Part shown: positions 57,700 through 64,000 of the stretch, piece by piece
How the letters are laid out: the number at the start of each line of letters is the position of its first letter
Numbering within the stretch: position 1 is the first letter of the stretch
Origin: a virus
Strand: one strand, 5' to 3'
IMG/VR virus record: IMGVR_UViG_3300022916_000008
Location: 26,857 to 90,856 of that record
Length of the DNA: 64,000 bases
Made by a program: the position numbers and the translations under genes
Notes under the pieces: generated by a model
Databases searched by the model: none
What the model saw: the letters and a program-made list of their open reading frames with translations, nothing else
What the model was told of the DNA's origin: nothing

Positions 57700-60600
57700 C
57701 TATTTATCTTTATATTTTGCGTCATACTCTCTTAATACATCATCATCAAGCATTCCTACTAATGATGGACGAATCTTCTCCCATGTAGCACCATTCTTTA
57801 TGAGACTATCAGTATACAACCGTATAGAAGTAACATCTCTTTCCATAACAGCTTTTTCGAACTGTTGTTTCATGTAGATGTCACCTACATCTCTTGTTGC
57901 CATATCAATATTCTGCAGTCTTTGTTGGTCGGCTGCAAACTGTGTCATGTTCTTTGTATTCCTTGCCTGAGTATTAAACATGTCTGTACGTTGATTGCTT
58001 TGATTTACTTGATTCCTTCCTACGAAGTTTAACTTATTAACTCCAGCTTGACCTTCGTTTAATGACTTCTGCTTCTGCCCTTCTAAGCCAAGTTGAATTC
58101 CCCTTGTGACAGGTGCGTAGTTAGAGTTTGCTGACACAGCATCTTTAGCAGTCTGTGCTGCTGCTTGTATAGGATATGGATCAAATACCTGATCTTTATA
58201 TGCTATCTGTTTGGCTTGTTCTGCTTCAGGAACCTTCATCTTTCTTAAAGCATTAACCATACCCGGTATTCTTGATGCATAAGGAATGAGACTCTTCCAG
58301 TCAAATTGATTATCACCCATCTCTGTACTTGGTGTACCTGTAAATGGAATTTTCTCTCCTAATGGTATTGCAGGATTTCCTGTCTGCCTTAAATTTGCTG
58401 ACAAGCCAGCCGTTAATTCGCTTAGTGGTTTATCAGAAACAGGAACTCCGTGCTCCATAGGTTGTTCTGTTGTAGCATCTGCTGTAGTCGGAACATATTT
58501 GTTTTTCGCTAGTTGTGTAGACTTTTTCTTAGTCCCCGCAACTTCTGTTTCTCCTGCTCCTGTTGGATAGTAATATAAATCTTCTCCTTGAATGTTAGTC
58601 TTTGCACCAACGTCTCCCCATGTATCAATAGCTAGTTGTCGTAAATCTTCTCCCTCAGTACCAGTATTAGCATATAACCTCATCTGTCCATTCTCAGTAA
58701 TAATCCGTGGATCTATACCACCTGACGCTTGTTGTTGCCCACCAAAGTATGGAGCAATGTTAGCCAAGTAAGGAGGCACCTTTGGAGGATCACCAGGAAC
58801 TTGATATCCGTCTCCAATTTGATCTTCTGCTATAAAAGCATTGTTTCCTCCACCTACACCTTGAGGTCTGTATCCTCTTGGAGTGCTTAAGTCAATACCT
58901 TGTTGCTGTGTGGCTGCTGGAGGCCATGTAGGATCTTTAAGTATGGTATAATTACCTGATAAGCCCGTATAATAAGGATTAGTTGATCTGCTAATAGCAT
59001 TCCTTGCTATCTTGTTTAACCTTTCATCTTCTGAAGTGTAAATATCGCCTTGCTGATACTTTGGCAACTTACCTCCACGTTTAAAATATGGACTAGAGGT
59101 AGGAGATGTTATATGTTTTTTAACAGCATCATTATATTCCTTTAATCTATAGTCTCCAGTTTCCTTTGCAGCAACAGACCATTCTTCAGGAGTATAAACA
59201 TCTCTATTACTAGGATTGATTTTTGAAGCGTTACTTGTTCTTGTTTCACTCATATAAGGCTGTGTTGGAAATAAATAAGTTTCTTCTGTTCCTGTTAGCT
59301 CGCCTCTGGCTGTACCATTAGTTAAATATTCTTCTCTCAATTTAGCTTCTTGAGTAGAAGTCATTTTCTTTCCTGTTTCAGTTTCATATGTACTTTTAAA
59401 ACTTTGTATTGCGTGATTCTCTCGATCTTTAGGTTCTTTTAAATAAGTTCCTTTGAGCTTTTGAATTTCCCAAGGACTAAGTGGGCCGATACCTCCTTCC
59501 TGATATATAGCTTCAGGAGGCACGTTCTCTGTCTCAGGGTAGTAATTCCCCTCCTGACCCATTATCTCCCCTTCTAGCCCTTCCTGTGAGCTTCCTTGGG
59601 ATTGTTTGACTTGCTCTTGGTATTGCCATAACTCATCAATCTTCTTCTCTATACTACTTATCATAGCCTTAGCTGTTTGCTTAGCTAATGTAGCACCACT
59701 CTCTGCATTCTTCTTATAGAAATCAAGCTTCTTGCTTAACTGCTTGAATACTTGTGCAGGAGTCCTTCCATCGGGCAATGCCATTGACTCATCATCACTG
59801 AATATCCTTGACCCTTGCTCCAATGCCATCTCTATTCCACCTTGCTCATGTGGAGCACCATTTACATTAAAGGTTTCTCCATCTGGAGTTTGTACTCCTT
59901 CTTGTTGTTCAAGTTCTGCATTTGGATTTGCCATAGCCTGTCCTCCTTGTTTATACATCCTAGTTCCCCTAGGTTGATATGCTAATGATTGTTTTTCCAT
60001 CATGTCTTGTTTCCTTTGAATTACTTCATCTTCTGCTTTAGCTGCTTTAAGGCCTTGTATACCACCAATAGTTCCTCCTATAAGTGCTCCTGCTCCACCT
60101 CCTATTATTGCTCCTACAGGTCCAAAGGTTGCGCCAATACCTGCTCCTGCCCCTGCCATTGATAATGCGCTTTTCCCTGCACCTTTAAAGAAGTCATCTC
60201 CGTAGCCATTAGCACTATTAAGAACATCTGTTTGGCCATAACTCCCACCATGATCTGTTCCATTCCATATACCTGTGTCATAGTCATATTGGGACATATC
60301 ACCTATATAGTCATTACCTATAAATGGACCACCTGTATAATATTTAGGCAGTTTTCCACCTTTCTTATATTTCTTTGTCTTCATGTCATTGTCATTAAAT
60401 TGTCCGCCTTGTTGAAGCTTAGACGTATCGCGTGTTGCTGTCACTTCATATTCAGGTAGCATATAGCCTTTACCTGTCTTAAGATAGTTCTTTAATTGTC
60501 CAAAGGATTTCTTTACATTCTCATCTTGAAAATATAGGTCTTCTAGTCCATCCCAATACTTCGCCTTTTCAAAGTCTTCAGGAGTACCTTCAAACATAAG

Positions 60601-63600
60601 ATTCCTGATAACACCATCCAACCATGTTTGCTTCCATTGATCCTTGCCATCCATGTACTTGTCTGCAAACTCATCTTCACTTAGACTGTTTAATTCTTTC
60701 TTACTTTTACCTTGTTTTAAAAGAGTCTTCTTTGTTCTGTCCATATCCATTTGGAAGTTGTAATGCAAATCTTCTCCCCATTTACTATTCATAAGAGTAT
60801 TTCCAAAGTCCTTCCTGTGTTTTGCATATACAGGATCTTTAGTCATTCCATGAAGCATATCAAGCATAACATCTTGCTCATTATTATCATTAGGATCATA
60901 ACGTACACCATGAGTGTCTGTGTTTGGATGCTCACCAACAAACCCATTGTTATAACGAATACTACCTCTCCTTGTTTCGGGATACTTGTTTGCTGACTGC
61001 TCTATCATATCAAAAGTCTCATTGACCTTCTTATATGGATTAGGAGAAAAATACTCTATACTACCAACTCCTGTATTCTTGCTTGTAAATGATGGATCGG
61101 CTACCACTGTTGTCTTGCCCATTCTTTTTAATGCAGGGTACTTCTTGTAAATATTGTCAAGCATAGAGTTTGTCTCGCCTCCTTGTTGAAACTTATGGGT
61201 ATATCCTACATTTACTTTAGAATTTGTATTCCAAAATGGATTTGACACATCAGCACTCAGGATTCCGTTTTTACCAATTCGTCTTTTATAACCAAACCTC
61301 ATGTCTGCGCTCACACCATTATAAGGCTGCCATCCTGCACCTAAAGAAGCAGTATAAGCATTTTTATTCTTATTATCCCAATATTCTTCTTCCGCTTTAA
61401 GTCCAAAACCAAATCTAGGTTTCCTGTCAACATTATTCCATTCAATATCTACATTAGGTATTTGTTTATGTACCCAATTACCAGTCTCTTCTTTAAATTG
61501 TATTTCGTTTTCCAACTTAGCACCTTTAAATGGTATAAATTCTCCAGCATTAGTCCTATCAACTCCCTCAAGAGGGAATGCAGTATTTATATCTTTCTGT
61601 TGAGAATAGTAGGGATTCCATTTGTACATCTGCCCTTGCTCATATGATAATGTAGGGTTGTACGAAACTTGCCTGTCTCCATAAGCACCACTTCTTCTTG
61701 TCTTCAGAGGAATATTTGCAGTAAGACCAATAGAAGATGTAGTAGGCTTGTGATAAAAGTCATACATATCTGTATAAGATTGATTAATAGTCTTATCTAT
61801 TGTTGGCTCTCCCCAATTACTTCTAGGTTCTTCTAAAATACCAAGACGTGTTGGAGTATATGGAAACTCTTGCTTTCTTCGTTCAGGGTCACCTAATAGA
61901 AAAGGGTTAATGTTTGCATTATAACTTCCAACAGCACCTAGCGAAAAATCTTCTATTGCTGGTGTTGTACGATAGCTTATATTCCTTGGCTTGCTAGTCG
62001 CTCTCCCTGGCTTACTATATCCCTCGGGTGGTTTACCGAATATCATTCCATAGTGCCTACCCTCTATTTCATCTTGGTAGGTCTCTTTAGGTGTTTCTCC
62101 TGCTAGTTGATATTTGGGTAGCTGTCCTCCACCTTGCATCTTAGGCAAAATAGGGTACTCTATGACGCTTTTACCTTTAAAGTGATAGTTTCCCCCCGGA
62201 TACATCATCTGCCTGTCACCACTGTCTGAAACGCCTAATACAGGATAGTTTACTCCTTCCATCGTAATGTCACCACTTGGAACCTTTGTTACTTGCCCAG
62301 GATACTTCCATTGTCCATACTTAGAGGTTACTACTCCACCTTGTTGAAAACTCTTTCTTTCAACAGCATTACCAGTCTTGTCCGTATCTATATATATTCT
62401 ATCATAAACTTCAAAAGGCTTTGTTGCATTAAAATCAAATCCATCTTTCCCGATAGCACCTGTTTCTCTATCAAATACATCATAGTAAGAAATATATTTA
62501 CCATTTTCATCTTCTCCTCTGGATATAAATACATTACCTAGAGCAGAACTGTTTTTTCCCCAATTTGTTAAATTTACCGTATAGGTATTCTCATTTATTT
62601 TGCTTTCTTTTTCCTTTAGCTTATTGGCATTAAAAATCCTATTTGCATTTGATAATATCTCGCTCCTAAAAGCTGAATCTTGTATTGCTATATATTTAGC
62701 ATTTGGATCTTTACTATTTGAAGGCTTGTATTTACTGTTATATAGTACATCATGTTTTAAGTCTAATCCTCCAAAATATCTATATAAGTCTCCAAGCTTA
62801 CCATATGAATCTCTTCTTACGCCACCACTTGCTGTTTTACTCAAAAAATTACCTTTAAAATCTTGCCTCGTTTTTATTGGCAATTCTTTTTCTTTGTATG
62901 GTGCATCTTCAATAGTACTGTATGTTTTTTTCTTCCATGGAGGATCACCTGTAATCCCGCCTTGTTGATATTCTTTATTCCCTGCTTGTGCTGCTCCTAT
63001 TCCCACTGCTCCTGTTCCTGCTACTGCTGGCAATAGATTAAATAAATCCTTAAATGCTGATTTATCTTTAATTAATTTAAAAAACCTGTTATCTACTAAT
63101 CCTTTGTTGGATTTAATAATCTTATCTATCTGTTTGTCACTTACGATGTCACTAGGTTTAATATTATGTGTAAATCTTATTTGAGCTATTCTTGCATAAA
63201 CCTCTGCAGGATCTAATAAATAATTATCATAATCACTTGCTGCTTTTGATTTATCCATTGCTCTTTTAACCAATACATCAATTACATAATTAGATTCATT
63301 TCTTGTTTTGTTATGAGTAAGCTCATGTATTGTTGTAGATCTAATTTGGTTTCTAGGCATATTTGGATTGACATATACTTCACCGTTACTAAAACTCCGC
63401 CCTCTATTTAACACCTCTTCTCCAAAAAAATTTGATGATCCAATAAAATCTGGATTAGTAGCAAATTCTACTTTACTTAATTCATTGTCAAAAATAGGGG
63501 ATTGTATTTCAGGCATTTCAATATTCTTAATTCTATTTTTAGTATATGGGTCGTCATACCAATCCTTTACCCATTGCTCACCTTCAAGTTTGGCATCAAC

Positions 63601-64000
63601 TAATTGTTTCGCTTTTACATATCTTGATTTTGGCTTTAAAGACCTCCAAGATATCATTGGTTTTCGAGCCATACCTGGATTAATCAATGCGTCAAGTGTC
63701 TTAACCCCTGCCTTACCCAACTTATTACCAAAACCCATTCCTGGATTAATCAATGCATCAAGGGCAAACAATCCTGCCTTACCCAATTTAGATGTGGCTT
63801 TTAATCCTAAATTAGCCGGAGCTGCTGCTGCAAATGTAAGACCTGTTAATATCTTATTCCCTGCCTGGCTCTTACTCCAATCAACATTATGAGTATTACT
63901 TGTCATCTTGCCAGTCTTGGTGTCCATAGCCATCTCAGAGCTATCTGAAGCCTTCCTTCCTGATATAGATGTAATCGGTAGGTTATGAACCCTAGTCAGC
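57700..64000 (-). CDS. Large modular virion cargo protein (5' end beyond window)
   Basis: Frame is open upstream of 63933 to the window end; recurrent [YF]xxGG motifs; zincin HELTH; 'ELE..E.V.TP.G.......G.PHE.GG' domain; glycine-zipper segment. Confidence 0.8.
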   Translation of the reverse strand, partial: LTRVHNLPITSISGRKASDSSEMAMDTKTGKMTSNTHNVDWSKSQAGNKILTGLTFAAAAPANLGLKATSKLGKAGLFALDALINPGMGFGNKLGKAGVKTLDALINPGMARKPMISWRSLKPKSRYVKAKQLVDAKLEGEQWVKDWYDDPYTKNRIKNIEMPEIQSPIFDNELSKVEFATNPDFIGSSNFFGEEVLNRGRSFSNGEVYVNPNMPRNQIRSTTIHELTHNKTRNESNYVIDVLVKRAMDKSKAASDYDNYLLDPAEVYARIAQIRFTHNIKPSDIVSDKQIDKIIKSNKGLVDNRFFKLIKDKSAFKDLFNLLPAVAGTGAVGIGAAQAGNKEYQQGGITGDPPWKKKTYSTIEDAPYKEKELPIKTRQDFKGNFLSKTASGGVRRDSYGKLGDLYRYFGGLDLKHDVLYNSKYKPSNSKDPNAKYIAIQDSAFRSEILSNANRIFNANKLKEKESKINENTYTVNLTNWGKNSSALGNVFISRGEDENGKYISYYDVFDRETGAIGKDGFDFNATKPFEVYDRIYIDTDKTGNAVERKSFQQGGVVTSKYGQWKYPGQVTKVPSGDITMEGVNYPVLGVSDSGDRQMMYPGGNYHFKGKSVIEYPILPKMQGGGQLPKYQLAGETPKETYQDEIEGRHYGMIFGKPPEGYSKPGRATSKPRNISYRTTPAIEDFSLGAVGSYNANINPFLLGDPERRKQEFPYTPTRLGILEEPRSNWGEPTIDKTINQSYTDMYDFYHKPTTSSIGLTANIPLKTRRSGAYGDRQVSYNPTLSYEQGQMYKWNPYYSQQKDINTAFPLEGVDRTNAGEFIPFKGAKLENEIQFKEETGNWVHKQIPNVDIEWNNVDRKPRFGFGLKAEEEYWDNKNKNAYTASLGAGWQPYNGVSADMRFGYKRRIGKNGILSADVSNPFWNTNSKVNVGYTHKFQQGGETNSMLDNIYKKYPALKRMGKTTVVADPSFTSKNTGVGSIEYFSPNPYKKVNETFDMIEQSANKYPETRRGSIRYNNGFVGEHPNTDTHGVRYDPNDNNEQDVMLDMLHGMTKDPVYAKHRKDFGNTLMNSKWGEDLHYNFQMDMDRTKKTLLKQGKSKKELNSLSEDEFADKYMDGKDQWKQTWLDGVIRNLMFEGTPEDFEKAKYWDGLEDLYFQDENVKKSFGQLKNYLKTGKGYMLPEYEVTATRDTSKLQQGGQFNDNDMKTKKYKKGGKLPKYYTGGPFIGNDYIGDMSQYDYDTGIWNGTDHGGSYGQTDVLNSANGYGDDFFKGAGKSALSMAGAGAGIGATFGPVGAIIGGGAGALIGGTIGGIQGLKAAKAEDEVIQRKQDMMEKQSLAYQPRGTRMYKQGGQAMANPNAELEQQEGVQTPDGETFNVNGAPHEQGGIEMALEQGSRIFSDDESMALPDGRTPAQVFKQLSKKLDFYKKNAESGATLAKQTAKAMISSIEKKIDELWQYQEQVKQSQGSSQEGLEGEIMGQEGNYYPETENVPPEAIYQEGGIGPLSPWEIQKLKGTYLKEPKDRENHAIQSFKSTYETETGKKMTSTQEAKLREEYLTNGTARGELTGTEETYLFPTQPYMSETRTSNASKINPSNRDVYTPEEWSVAAKETGDYRLKEYNDAVKKHITSPTSSPYFKRGGKLPKYQQGDIYTSEDERLNKIARNAISRSTNPYYTGLSGNYTILKDPTWPPAATQQQGIDLSTPRGYRPQGVGGGNNAFIAEDQIGDGYQVPGDPPKVPPYLANIAPYFGGQQQASGGIDPRIITENGQMRLYANTGTEGEDLRQLAIDTWGDVGAKTNIQGEDLYYYPTGAGETEVAGTKKKSTQLAKNKYVPTTADATTEQPMEHGVPVSDKPLSELTAGLSANLRQTGNPAIPLGEKIPFTGTPSTEMGDNQFDWKSLIPYASRIPGMVNALRKMKVPEAEQAKQIAYKDQVFDPYPIQAAAQTAKDAVSANSNYAPVTRGIQLGLEGQKQKSLNEGQAGVNKLNFVGRNQVNQSNQRTDMFNTQARNTKNMTQFAADQQRLQNIDMATRDVGDIYMKQQFEKAVMERDVTSIRLYTDSLIKNGATWEKIRPSLVGMLDDDVLREYDAKYKDK
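63669..63786. repeat. Imperfect in-frame tandem duplication, period 66 nt
   Basis: Two copies encoding KLGKAG...LDALINPGM. Confidence 0.75.

Noticed and set aside
36308-63892. Numerous plus-strand ORFs of 60-200 aa opposite the giant genes
   Set aside because: Antisense shadows of long AT-rich coding frames, with hydrophobic/Ser-rich translations and no motifs. The same applies to minus-strand ORFs within 6-35 kb.
1-64000. Diversity-generating retroelement, retron, integrase or transposase
   Set aside because: No reverse transcriptase, recombinase or transposase motifs were recognised in any ORF.

Overview
The window is about 64 kb of a Crassvirales (crAss-like) or related Bacteroidota phage genome that uses the standard genetic code. 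Left arm (minus strand, 1-5.2 kb): a Bacteroidota sigma70-type promoter drives a small RHH regulator, a GroES-like protein, an HU/IHF-like protein, a conserved pre-terminase gene, the terminase large subunit and the portal (truncated by the window). Middle (plus strand, 5.45-35.9 kb): an early/replication block of about 70 mostly small genes. It includes a Zn-ribbon/TOPRIM primase-like protein, Cas4-like nuclease, RadC, DUF932-like protein, PcfK/PcfJ, membrane-anchored lysozyme, RNase HI, RusA-like resolvase, a RecD2 helicase split by an inserted gene, RecA and an HNH protein, but no DNA polymerase. Right arm (minus strand, 36-64 kb): a 6492-aa polyvalent virion RNA polymerase (SF1 helicase, two zincin motifs, DxDxD RNAP, NADAR plus ART insert, PD-(D/E)XK) and two further ejection/cargo proteins. 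The most striking signals are non-coding. (i) Three tRNA-shaped RNAs keep perfect acceptor, D and T arms but have no anticodon loop: one has the arm precisely deleted, and two have a 4-bp/4-nt stub plus a 105-130 nt multi-helix domain in the variable arm. (ii) Three further pseudoknotted intergenic RNAs. (iii) A three-site attC-like cassette array with two intact-looking cassettes and no integrase. All calls come from reading motifs and base-pairing by eye; no searches or folding programs were run.
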